From contig NC_043021.1 in NCBI RefSeq assembly GCF_006345805.1, positions 21,700,001-21,764,000 of the forward strand: a stretch of 64,000 nt of DNA. The letters are read 5' to 3'. The position numbers were made by a program, and so were the translations under genes. Source of the DNA: Octopus sinensis (lineage: Eukaryota). The notes under the pieces were generated by a model that saw nothing but the letters and a program-made list of their open reading frames with translations, was not told where the DNA came from and did not search any database. Shown one piece after another: positions 51,851-64,000 of this stretch (position 1 is the stretch's first letter; each line of letters opens with the position of its first letter).

Positions 51851-54144
51851 ACACTACCACCATCATTACCATCACCACCATTGCCCTACCACCACCATCA
51901 CCAATACTGTCTCCTCACCATCAACACTATCCCCACCACTACCATCACCACCACCACCACCACAACCACCACTGCGAGCACTACCACCATATCAACCCCA
52001 CTAACACTATTGTCTATAGTAACACCTTTATTGCCATTCACAACAGTGACAAATCTAATGGCACCACCACCACCACCACCACCACCACTACAATTGGCAG
52101 GGATTCAGTTTATTAATTATGTGTTTTGATTGCATGCGGTGGCGGTGGGGAGGTTGACCATTCCAGCAGACCAGTGAATTCTATCTGTTACATCATGTCT
52201 AGAAAAGAAAGCTAGTTGCTAAAATACATGGCAATGTTTTGGGGAGTTTAGAGTTTAGATACAGAGAGAGAGAGAGAGAGAGAGAGAGGAGAAGGCGGAT
52301 GGAATAGAAAAGAGAATTGAAGAAGGTGCAACAGTAAGAGGGGGTTGGTGTGGATCAGTGTGCATGGTGGGAGTAGCTTAGATGAAAGTGGGAGGAGAAG
52401 GGAAAAAGCAGAAGAGACGAGTAGGAGGGAGAAGATAAATGAAGGCGGAGCAAATCGAGGGAGGAGGAAATGACAGCTGTAGGAGGAGCAAACAGGAATA
52501 GGAGAAAGAGGAGAAGGAAATGAAAGTGAGCTGGAGAAGCAAATAGCTGGAGGAAGAGGAGGCAGGAAAGGAAACGGATGAAGGCGGAGCAAACAGGAAG
52601 AGTAGGAGGAAAAGAAGACAGATGGTGGAGCAAACAGGAGGAGGAGAAAAAACAAGACGAAAGAAGGAGGAGGAGAAAGACAAGACAAAAGAAGGAGGAG
52701 CAACAGGAGGAGGAGGAGGCAGAGGGGGAAGGAAAAGAAAATGTGAAGGCGGAGCAAACAACGAGGAGGCGGAGACAGAAAAAAGTGAAGAAAAAATTAC
52801 ATGTAAAGAAAACAACAAACAAAATAGCAGGAAAATTTCAATTCATTTATTTTACCAGCAACGATAGAGACACAAGTTTTATCGTTAATAATTTTAATTC
52901 TAATATTAATGGTTTCTTACATGTGTATAACACCATACATTGAGGTCACAGGTGAGAGAACAGTCAATTACATCAATTCGAGTTCTTTGATCAGTTCTTT
53001 ATACGGCGAAGATGAAAGGCAAAGTTGACCTCAGCAGGATTTGAACTCAGAGTGTAAAGCAGTGTAACTAAATATTGCATGAGATTTTAGTCTGAATCTG
53101 CCACTCCCCGCGAAGGATGCATGAACTGGTGGTTAGGCTGTCATGTTCTCAATCGCAAGATTGTGGTTTCAATTCTTGAACTCCGCAGTGCATTATGTTC
53201 TTGAGCAAAACGCTTCATTTGCATTGCCCCAGTCCACTCAGCTGCAAATGGGTAACCCTGTTATGGATTGGTTGTTCTGCCCAGGATTAATGTTTTAATC
53301 TCAGCCAGTTGTACCCCATGGAATCCATGCATCTGTCTCTATGAGTTCCAGGTCTTGGGACAGTACCTACTGTCCACTTTCAGCATTGCATTTACACTTC
53401 CACTGGTTTTGGTCAGTGGGTTGTTGCTGGCCCTTATTCTGTCGTTCCCTTTTGCCAAACTGCTAAGTAAAATGGATCCTTTTATTTTTTTGATTCAGTC
53501 ATTTGATTGACTGTGGCCACACCACCTTGAAGGGTTTTAGTTGAACAAGCTGACACCAGGACTAATGTTTTAAGTCTAGTACTTACTCTGTCAGTCTCTT
53601 TTGCCAAACCACTAAGTTAGGGGCACGGAAACACACCAACACCAGTTGCCCCTCCCCCTACACACATGCACAACAGGCTTCTTTCAGTTTCCATCTTTCA
53701 AATCCACTCACAAGGCTTTGGTCAGTCCAAGGCTATAGTAGAATACACTTGCCCAAGGTGCCACGCAGTGGGACTGAACCCAGAACCATGTGATTAGGAA
53801 GTAAGCTTCTTACCACACAGTCACACTCGTACCTATATATATATATATATATATAGGTATATATATGATGAGTTTTTTTCAGTTTCTGTCTACCACATCC
53901 ACTCACAAGGCTTCAGTTGGCATTCAGCCATAAATAGAACTGGCCCAGGGTTCCATGTAGTGGGATTGAACATGAAACCATGTGGCTGAGAAGCGAACTT
54001 ACTACACAGCCATGTTTGTCGTGTACTACATGAAGAATTTTGTAAAATAACTTTGTTGTTTGAAGGTAACCTGTCTAGGCAAGCAGTAGCACTAAAAAAA
54101 AAAAAACAGAAAATATAACAAAGCTAACAGTAAATTCGTCTAAT

Positions 54145-54560
54145 AGGTGCAGGAGTGGCTGTGTGGTAAGTAGCTTGTTTACCAACCACATAGTTCCGGG
54201 TTCAGTCCCACTGCGTGGCTCCTTGGGCAAGTGTCTTCTACTATAGCCTCGGGCCGACCAAAGCCTTGTGAGTGGATTTGGTAGACGGAAACTGAAAGAA
54301 GCCCGTCGTATATATGTATATATATATATATATATGCGTGTGTGTGTTTGTGTGTCTGTGTTTGTCCCCCTAGCATTGCTTGACAACCGATGCTGGTGTG
54401 TTTATGTCCCCGTCACTTAGCAGTTTGGCAAAAGAGACCGATAGAATAAGTACTGGGCTTACAAAAGAATAAGTCCCGGGGTCGAGTTGCTCGATTAAAG
54501 GTGGTGCTCCAGCATGGCCGCAGTCAAATGACTGAAACAAATAAAAGAGAAAAGAGAAGA
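54145..54560 (+). mobile_element. SINE family A, full length
   Basis: Matches the family consensus. Confidence 0.9.
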
Positions 54561-54904
54561 GAATACAATGTAAAGAGGATTCTTCAATGCTGTTCTTGAG
54601 AACCTTTTTTTTTGCCAGTATCATAAAATGAATCTAAACCCTCTCTCTCTCTTTCGGAGAGGCACTGAGCAGCTATACGCACACATACACACACGGCAGT
54701 AACTCCCGCCTACCGAATTCAATCACAAAGCTCTGGTCGGCTCGGGGCTACAGCGGAAGACACCTAACCAAAGTGCCATGCAGTGGGACTGAACCCGAAA
54801 CCATGTAGTTGGGAAGCAAGCTCCCTAACCACACAGCCATGCCCGCTGTCAAGGATAAATAATGTATATATGTATATATATATATATGTGTGTGTGTATG
54901 TATG

Positions 54905-55593
54905 TGTTTGTGTGTCTGTGTTTGTCCCCCTAGCATTGCTTGACAACCGATGCTGGTGTGTTTACGTCCCCGTCACTTAGCGGTTCGGCAAAAGAGAACG
55001 ATAGAATAAGTACTGGGCTTACAAAAGAATAAGTCCCGGGGTCGAGTTGCTTGATTAAAGGTGGTGCTCCAGCATGGTCACAGTCAAATGACTGAAACAA
55101 GTAAAAGAGTAAAAGAGTAATACTAAAGGTACTGTGAAACTTGCCCAAGAGTCTTGTAAAAAGATAATGTCGATGATGTTACTCTTTTTTACTCTTTTAC
55201 TTGTTTCAGTCATTTGACTGCGGCCATGCTGGAGCACCGCCTTTAGTCGAGCAAATCGACCCCGGGACTTATTCTTTGTAAGCCTAGAACTTATTCTATC
55301 GGTCTCTTTTGCCGAACCGCTAAGTGACGGGGACGTAAACACACCAGCATCAGTTGTCAAGCAATGCTAGGGGGACAAACACAGACACACAAACATATTC
55401 ATACACACTTATATATATATACATATATACGACAGGCTTCTTTCAGTTTCCGTCTACCAAATCCACTCACAAGGCATTGGTCGGCCCGGGGCTATAGCAG
55501 AAGACACTTGCCCAAGATGCCACGCAGTGGGACTGAACCCGGAACCATGTGGTTGGTTAGCAAGCTACTTACCAAACAGCCACTCCTGCGCCT
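54905..55593. mobile_element. Tail-to-tail inverted pair of SINE family A (54905-55118 plus; 55162-55593 minus)
   Basis: About 210 bp of mutual complementarity around a ~45-nt spacer. Confidence 0.9.
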
Positions 55594-56513
55594 ATGTTGA
55601 TGATGATGATTATGACAGTGATGTATAAATTATTAAAATGCTTGTAATTCTGTGACCAGGTATACGACCAGGTATCATAATTGCTTGCATGCGATGAGGC
55701 TGTTCAAACAGAAAGAGTCTTTGGAGCTTGTCGGCAGCGCTTTCAATTCTATTGCAGTCTTCTGACATAACAGTATAATATTTGAAGCATCAAGAATTAT
55801 TAACAATAGTCTTTGGAGGGTCAAAACCAATTCATTCGCCTTGCTCTACTAATAACATAGTCTTGTGAAAGACTTAAACATCAAACAATTTCATTTTCCT
55901 CGTATGCGTTTCAAGAAAGTGAAAAATAATCGGGATCAGTGTCACAACACCACTTGTAAGGTTGTTAGTTATATCTAATAAAGGTTCAATTGTTATCCAT
56001 TTGAACAGTATTGATTTCTCTGATTGATATTGCAGTGTAGATGGGCCAAGGAAGGTGCTGGTGTGGTCGCTTGACTTTGTGTTAGGAATTTAACCAAGTG
56101 TCTTCCTCAACCAGTGACATGCTGTCTGAGATATAAGGGTACATTTGGATAACATGATCCAGAATATAGTGGACTGTATCTAAAAACAAAAAAAAAAACA
56201 CAGAAAAAAAACGGGAAAACAACACAAAAATATTGGGATTGACATGAACTGAATGTCTCTGATTATCAACAAATTCCATGTGACCCATGGAAAAGTGGAC
56301 ATTAAGAAAATGATGATGGCAATCTTTCTCTCTCTCTCTCTCTCTCTGTATATATATATATATATATATTATATTATATTAAATTAGAGATAAAACCACT
56401 ATTAGGCAAATCAAACAGTGAAAAACATAAACCAATACATAAAATTAATTCATTTATATTATTTTAAATATATATCAAAAGTATTAAAAGTTTAATAAAA
56501 GATAAAGACTAAA

Positions 56514-56584
56514 ACACTACGATCGTTTCATGGCTGTACAATTCGTAATAATTCGAGTTATGGTTACAGTCAATCTTCAGGTTA
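56514..56584 (-). ncRNA. Type-I hammerhead motif (family 4) in a ~630-bp AT-rich segment bounded by (TA)n
   Basis: CUGAAGA, stem II UUGACUGUA...UACAGCCAU (7 of 9 pairs), GAAAC-GAUC-GU-A with palindrome ACGAUCGU. Stem I is decayed. Confidence 0.6.
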
Positions 56585-57003
56585 ATTGAAATATCTAAAA
56601 TATAATCAGAAATATGTAAACAATATTTTTAAGATATAAATAATATAATAATTTTAATTATAATAAACTCTATTATCAAACTAGAAACATAAAACTTAAC
56701 AATTATGATTATATCAAAATCGACTATAATGTTAAATATTAATTTTAATTTATAAGGTAGGAAACCTACCAATAATCTAATATCGGTATTAGTCTATATC
56801 TAATTACATAAATATTTAAAAATGACTAATATATATAAATTATCAATGAAAATATATAAATGTATATAAATATTAAGATCTAAAATAATCTCTATAAATA
56901 AATATATATGCACATATAATAAAAACCTAATAAATTAATTTTTTATATTTAAAGATGAAATAGCTAATTTCAAAATACAAATAAACAATATATATATATA
57001 TTT

Positions 57004-57420
57004 ATAGGTTTATCCAAAAAGTTCTGAGCTTTTTTTATATATTAGGTTGTCTGAAAAGCTTTGGAACTTTTTTAATATGCAAAAGGGGTTATACTTCATG
57101 AACCATACTTTTCGAAAGTTCCAATTCCTCTGCAAGTTCTCCAGTTGTGATATTTGAGTTTTCTTTGATATTTTGCCTTCAAAACATCTTCATCCAATTT
57201 TGAAGGTCTTCCACTGCAACTGTCATCTTCCAAGCTAAACTCTCCAGCCTTAATTTTACAAATCCCCTTAGAACAATTGATTCACCTACAGCATCGTCCC
57301 CGTAATCTTCACAAATGGTTTTGAAAGACTTTGCAGAATTTTTCTCCATTTTTTAAAAAGAAAAAACATTACAACAGGAATATGAAATTTTTGGATATGC
57401 ATTTTGAATGTCAATAAAGG
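57004..57420 (-). pseudogene. Mariner transposase N-terminal (HTH) relic
   Basis: KNSAKSFKTICEDYGDDAVGES... and KENSNITTGELAEELELSKSMVHE resemble mariner DNA-binding domains. The frame is disrupted. Confidence 0.65.
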
Positions 57421-57561
57421 GCAACAGGAATGCAAGGTAAATCCATTTTTAGTCAGGAACAAAGAAGAGATGCACTACCACTTCAAGCAATGTGAGAGTT
57501 TTAATTGTGTTACCTTTCAGGTGTGTTCAATGAAGCATTAAAAGATTTAGCATAAAAACAC

Positions 57562-57992
57562 TCTTTACTCTTTTACTCTTTTACTTGTTTCAGTCATTTG
57601 ACTGCGGCCATGCTGGAGCACCACCTTTAGTCGAGTAAATCGACCCCGGGACTTATTCTTTGTGAGCCCAGTACTTATTCTATCGGTCTCTTTTGCCGAA
57701 CCGCTAAGTGATGGGGACGTAAACACACCAGCATCGGTTGTCAAGCAATGCTAGCGGGACAAACACAAACACACAAACACATACATATATATATATATAT
57801 ACATATTTACGACAGGCTTCTTTCAGTTTCCGTCTACCAAATCCACTCACAAGGCATTAGTCGGCCCAGGGCTATAGCAGAAGACAGTTGCCCAAGATGC
57901 CACGCAGTGAGACTGAACCCGGAACCATGTGGTTGGTTAGCAAGCTACTTACACACAGCCACTCCTGCGCCTATGACAGCCACTCCTGCGCC
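57562..57992 (-). mobile_element. SINE family A with a duplicated head
   Basis: acagccactcctgcgccta occurs twice. Confidence 0.9.
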
Positions 57993-58405
57993 TAGAACTT
58001 TCTGGACAACCTATCACATATGTAATGACCAATTTTAAATACTGTTGGATTTTACTCATAAAGTATTGGAATCTTACATATATACCATTCTATCTAAAAA
58101 ATGGATCTACAAATTCAATATCCCTACATATCTCCCCATCTGTTTTCTTTCCTCTACCTCACTCTCTATTTTGTATCCTATATAAACTATTACTTAACCA
58201 TCCTCTCACACCGTCTCCGATGAAGGGATATAATTAATAAATATCCTGGAAACAGCTGTAAGACCTTCTTTCTATAAATGTTCTAAGAGCTACGCACGAA
58301 ACGTTAAGCCCTCCTTCTTTCCTTCTTTCCTGAGCGTCCAATAATACTATATTTGTTCCATGTCCTCGCGTTGTTGTGTTTTTGTGCTTTCTTATTTGGT
58401 TTAAC

Positions 58406-58463
<58 letters not shown>

Positions 58464-58850
58464 CATACATACATACAAACCTATATACATATATATATAT
58501 GTGTGTGTGTATATATATATATATATATACATACATACAAACCTAGATACATATATATATATATATATGTAATATAGGTGGCTAGATGCAATATAAAACC
58601 AAAAAGAAAACAATCAGTCCAAGGGTGCATGGTATCACTTACATTGTTAGTAACAATAGTCAAAGACCCTTATAGCCATAAGAAGCACATTGTCTATGTA
58701 CTGACAGGGGAGATAAAGCTCATCAGTAGTGATTAGTCCATCGTTGATGGTTAAGCTAAATCCCGATTGTCAGTATAGAGTATTTACCATATGAACCAAA
58801 TGGCTGATTCAGCAAATTGTAAAAATTATAAAATAACAAAGGTGGCTAAA

Positions 58851-59251
58851 TCTTTATATATAAAACTGAAGTTGTGTGTGTGTCTGTCTACTCCGATTTA
58901 GATTCCTAACTACTCCCACATTTTGCGGTGCAGTTTAACCAAAACCTGGGTGTCTTATAGTCGTGATTCATATCAAGCCCTTCTGGGTATTAGCGCGCGT
59001 CTACGATGAGTCTACGATTTTTAAAATAATTTACCATCATTTTTTCCATTTTAATGCATATTTTTTTTAATATAGGGGAAGTAACTCTCTAAAAATGTCT
59101 ACGATGAGTCAACGATTTAAAAAAAGATTTACCATAATTTCTTTTCCATTTTTAATGCATTTTTTTGCAATTTTATTTGGCTATAACTCTCTAAAAATGC
59201 TTTATAGTTATTTCCCTTACAAACCTGAGCAACGCCGGGCGATACTGCTAG
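58851..59251 (+). mobile_element. Non-autonomous Helitron-type element with an internal ~100-bp duplication
   Basis: A|TCTTTATATATAAAA...gatactgCTAG|T. The block ctacgatgagtc appears twice. Confidence 0.8.
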
Positions 59252-59519
59252 TGCAATATAAAACCCTTGTTCGAAAATACAAGGACACAGATTGTGTCGT
59301 ATAACCAGCTGGATACGATGTCTCCTGGGGCTAAATTACAGCAACATTCATCCTAAACCAGGACCGCCATGTTATGTTGGCAAATAATCTTTACTCCAAA
59401 GTACTGTCCCTGAATATTTCTCGTTGTGAGATTTACAAATAGTAATTTTATAACCAGTTTATCGCAAATAAATTTTAACCACAACATTTTATATGCATCT
59501 CCAAGCATTACATGGACTC

Positions 59520-60185
59520 TGGTTAAGAAATATTGTATTAGAGCATCACATTGGAACCCTTGTTATACTTGTACTAGCTCTTTGTATTCTGAGTTCAAAT
59601 CTTGCCTTGGTCAATTTTACCTTTCAATTCTCCTGGGGCCAACATTATCTTCCATTCTTTTGGGGTTCTTTGATAGTGGATTGGTGGAATTGTGAGAGCA
59701 TTAGACAGAGTATCTTGTGGTACTTGTATTGGTCGTTCGTATTCTGAGTTCTAATCCTGCCTCGGTCACCTTTACCTTTCATTATCCTATGGTTGATAAA
59801 GTGTCAGTTTATGACACAGGACTAGTAGAATCTTTTGAGCATCAGACAGGACATATTGTGGTACTTATATTGGCTCTTTGCATTCTGAGTTCAAATCCTG
59901 CCTTGGTCAATTTTACCTTTCTTTCTCCTGGGGCCAACATTATCTTCCATTCTTTTGGAGTTCTTTGATAGTGGATTAATGGAATTGCAAGAGCATTAGA
60001 CAGAACAGCTTGTGACACTTATATTGGCTCTATGCATTCTGAGTTCAAATCCTGTCAAGTTCAATTTTACTTTCATTCTTATGGGGTTAATAAACAAAGT
60101 GTCAGTTTATGACAATTGATTAGTGGAATCGTTAGAGCATCGGACAGAATGTCTTGTGACACTTGTATCAGCTCTTGGCATTCTG
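59520..60185 (+). repeat. Alternating A/B higher-order tandem array of SINE-head-like units
   Basis: The gagcat anchor recurs at spacings of ~154/142/154/145 bp. The four complete units carry a gagttc(a/t)aatc B-box-like word; the fifth is truncated before it. Confidence 0.8.
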
Positions 60186-61018
60186 CCATGGTTTACTTGA
60201 AGTGATTGACTTATTCCTCTCACCATTTCTTTTTTTAACACAAGCACCTGGTACCTTGGATGTTTTGATGCCCTTTAGCTGATCCCTCTCTGTTGAAAGC
60301 ATAAAGGGCCTGATCTTCAGTTTGAAGATACTTTCTTCCTTCCTTATTAACAATCTTGAAGGCCCTATAAAGGAGTCAAGAGTGTTGGCCTGACCCTCGA
60401 ACAAATGATTAAAAAAAACAAAAACAAAGACATACTTTGTCTTGTGAGTTACTTGGTGACCTCACTTGTGCAAGAGTCCTGAAAAAAGCACTCAATACAC
60501 TTTGTAAAGTGCTTGGTGTGTTTGTATTAGGAAGGGCGTCCAGTCATTGGGACTGTGCCAAAATAAGCATTAGAGCTTGACATGTTATATCCTGTTGTCT
60601 TGTTGGATCCTGTCGACCCTTCTAACCCATTTAAAATCTGTCTCTGTCAAACTCTCAACTTTGATAGTTTGAAATATTTTCAAGAGAAAGTTTACGATTC
60701 TGGTTGTGGATAAAGGAGACTGTGGGAACAAATTTGGCAATTTTTGGCAAAATATGTACCCTTTTCCCAAGTTATAACAAAAAGTTAGTGAAATATTTTA
60801 AATGTTTACAGTTGGATAGATAGACAAATAGAACGAAATAATTTGATAAAAAAATGTGAATTTTTAATTATTTTCTGAGATTTTACAAGACCAACAAAAA
60901 CAGAACAGATGTTAAATGGCAATGATGATGACGATGATGTCGATGATGATGCTGATGGGCAATGGACAATGTTAAGTCTAGATACACACTGTTTGAGTGC
61001 AAGGCTGTCTGACAGGTA

Positions 61019-61438
61019 TACCTATTTCTTTATTACCCACAAGGGGCTAAACACAGAGGGGACAAACAAGGACAGACATAGGTATTAAGTTGATTACATC
61101 GACCCCAGTGTGTAACTGGTACTTAATTTATCGACCCCCAACGGATGAAAGGCAAAGTCGACCTCGGCGGAATTTGAACTCACAACGTAACGGCAGACGA
61201 AATACCTATTTCTTTATTACCCACAAGGGGCTAAACATAGTGGAGACAAGCAAAGACAGACATAGGTATTAAGTCGATTACATCGACCCCAGTGTGTAAC
61301 TGGTACTTAATTTATCGACCCCGAAAGGATGAAAGACAAAGTTGACCTCGGCAGAATTTGAACTCACAACGTAATGGCAGACGAAATACCGCTAAGCATT
61401 TCGCCCGGCGTGCTAACGTTTCTGCCAGCTCACCACCT
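61019..61438 (-). mobile_element. SINE family B head-to-tail dimer in a palindromic target
   Basis: Same junction as at 51618. ggtatacc is present at both flanks. Confidence 0.9.
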
Positions 61439-61916
61439 GGTATACCTGTCATCTGACAGGTAGGTATACCTGTAACATCTAATCCAGAACTGAACTGTCT
61501 CCTCTGTTAGCCAAGACAGACCAAGGGCTACTTAGGCAACAACAACAGCAGCAACAACAACAACTACTACTATTTGCTGCCGCCACCTCTAATACTACTA
61601 CCATGACCACTGCCGCTACTACTGTGAATCTTCCGCGATGTGTAAGTGTATAAAGTGCATAGAGGACAAAGACGGAAAAAGCGGTAGGGGGGGAGGAAAA
61701 AAAGAATGATGCCGTAACACTGCATTTTTCTACTCTCTAACCAAAGTGTCTCGACTTCCATTTTCGATTTTCTTACTCAGAAAATGTCAATGGCCGACCA
61801 TGTCATTAAATTCTGTAAGAGTTACCACAACTGTTGGTATCGCTCTCTTTATCTCATGCAAAAGCAACAACAACAACAACTACAACAACAACAACGACAA
61901 CAACAACCAAACAATG

Positions 61917-61953
<37 letters not shown>

Positions 61954-62189
61954 TGGTAATAATAGTAGCAATAATAATAATAATAATAATGATAATAATA
62001 ATGATAATGATGATAATGATGATGATAGTAATAATGAGAGCAGCAGTGATGATGATGATGGTGGTGGCGCTAGTGGTGTCGGTAATCGTGAATGATAATA
62101 ATGGTAATAATGGTGGAAATGATTCTATAAAGATTTGTAGATTCTCGTCTCAGTTTCTTAGTGGAATCCTTATTCAAGCTTTAATTAGA

Positions 62190-62219
62190 TTTAGTGTGTA
62201 TATATACTTACATAGATAT

Positions 62220-62276
<57 letters not shown>

Positions 62277-62359
62277 TCGCACACAAGCACATATATATAC
62301 ATATACACACGCACACATATACGTATTTATATGTATGCATATACTTATGTAATACTATT

Positions 62360-62419
<60 letters not shown>

Positions 62420-62587
62420 GCACACACATATATACTCATATACATACACACACACATGTATATATGCAAAACATATATACACAAGTATATATGTGTAAAT
62501 ATATATAATATATATATATATTATATATATATATATACATATAGATGCATATATACATACGTATATGTACCTACTTACATCTATACG

Positions 62588-62618
<31 letters not shown>

Positions 62619-62845
62619 GTATATATGTATATATATGTATATATATATATGTATATATATATGTATATATATATATTATATATATATGTATATATATATA
62701 TGTATATATATATATGTATATATATATATGTATATATATATATGTATATATATATATGTATATATATATATGTATATATGTATATATATATACCCACACA
62801 CACACACATATACAATGTCACACACACATACACATGTATGTGTGT
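62190..62845. repeat. (TA)n/(TATG) microsatellite field
   Basis: Directly visible in the sequence. Confidence 0.95.
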
Positions 62846-63679
62846 GAGTCTTTGATTTGATCGGCAGATCAAACATCAATAAACTACAATTGTTCAGAAC
62901 ACGTTGCAGTCTGTTATATTATTACCGTTGTTGTTATTAAGAAAAGATTATCATCGTCATCATCATCATCATCATCATCATCATCAGTACCCAATAAGTG
63001 TAGCAGTCTTGAGAGTTGTCTAATATTGTCTAATATGCGAAACTTCAAACTGGCGTCAAAATATTGGTCAGAAAGAAGAGGACAACGATGCGTAAATGTG
63101 ATTTTGTGTGAAGCAGGGTTGCGAGGATAGAAGTGGTAGAGATTGAAACAACGAGCGGGAGCTGTTCCAAGTTCAAATAGCACAATGTCTCATTTTTCCT
63201 TTCTTTCCTCTCTGGGCTTTTGATTTAGCAATTACCTCTGATCTTTTTTGTTCTACTCATGGCCATCCTGTCTTAATCAGGTTTGGCTGTGTGGTTAAGA
63301 AGTCTGCTTTTCTACCATGTGGCTTTGGATTCAGTTCCGCTGCATGCATTCAAAATCCTTGTCCAGTATCGGAACAATCCCAAAATCTAATCAATTCATG
63401 CCAGTCACGAGGCCAAACATCCCTGAAATTTTCATCCAAATTCATCCTGCAGTTCTTGAGATATCTTGCCCATGGACAAACAAACAAACAAATGTCATTG
63501 AAAACAATACCCTTCACTAGGGCAGAGGTAATAATAATAATAACAATGGTTTCACATTTTTGTACCCCTACTATAACAGTTTTAGTCTTGTTGAAACCTA
63601 CTCTTTCAACAAAACTGAAACTATTATTGTAGGGGCACAAAATATAGAGGGAGATGACATCATGGTTTTGAGGTCACAA

Positions 63680-63782
63680 ATCATCATCATCATCATCGTT
63701 TAACGTCTGTTTTCCATGCTAGCATGAGTTGGATGGTTCGACCAGGGTCTGGGAAGCCAGGAGGCTGCACTAGGCTCCAGTC
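63680..63782 (-). mobile_element. SINE family C 3' end
   Basis: Family tail. Confidence 0.8.
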
Positions 63783-63871
63783 CTTGGGCAAGTATCTTCT
63801 TCCATAGCTCAGTCAGATCAACCCCAGTTCATGACTGGTATTTATTGTACTGAGTGTAGAGCAAATGGATG

Positions 63872-64000
63872 TCAGAGAGGACAAACAAGGACAGACAAAC
63901 GGATTAAGTTGATTATATGGACCCCAGTGCGTAACTGGTACTTATTTAATCGACCCCGAAAGGATGAAAGGCAAAGTCGACTTCGGCGGAATTTGAACTC
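63872..64000 (-). mobile_element. SINE family B, cut by the window edge
   Basis: Matches the family consensus. Confidence 0.85.

Noticed and set aside
55640-55850. Minus-strand peptide faintly like a MULE transposase segment
   Set aside because: The similarity is too weak to call without a profile search.
59520-60185. CRISPR-like appearance of regularly spaced repeats (also the 361-bp array)
   Set aside because: Whole units are repeated with no unique spacers, there are no cas genes, and the context is eukaryotic.
60168-60404. ORF with FIGPSRL resembling the LTR-retrotransposon GPY/F motif
   Set aside because: A single short motif with no integrase core or LTR nearby.
61784-62095. Q/N/D-rich ORF after a plausible acceptor (ttttcttactcag)
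   Set aside because: It is mostly (CAA)/(AAT)/(GAT) repeats and the short unique part matches nothing I recognise. RNA-seq would be needed.
62914-63183. 89-aa minus-strand ORF with a non-repetitive N-terminal part
   Set aside because: No splice acceptor on that strand, no recognisable domain, and it ends in a (GAT)n repeat.

Overview
This is eukaryotic, AT-rich, repeat-saturated DNA with one 100-N scaffold gap. The SINE, MITE and microsatellite repertoire looks like an octopod cephalopod genome (inference from recalled repeat families). Nearly all ORF-track entries are microsatellite or SINE artefacts. The only host coding sequence I can support is one 99-nt + strand exon (33257-33355) encoding the C-terminal part of a cwf21/CWC21 domain (SRRM2-like splicing factor); the rest reads as intron or intergenic DNA. 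Mobile DNA includes four SINE families (labelled A-D here), RTE-type LINE 3' fragments, Tc1/mariner relics, TTAA-type MITEs, three A|TC...CTAG|T Helitron-type elements and several foldbacks. The most interesting signal is nine minimal type-I hammerhead ribozyme (HHR) motifs, intact or decayed, in four unrelated short elements. One is a ~361-bp tandem array with one HHR per unit, a compensatory U3-A8 core pair and an inverted terminal copy, resembling a retrozyme or Penelope-like circRNA-forming element. Repeat boundaries were read by eye and are approximate unless a TSD or terminal motif is quoted.
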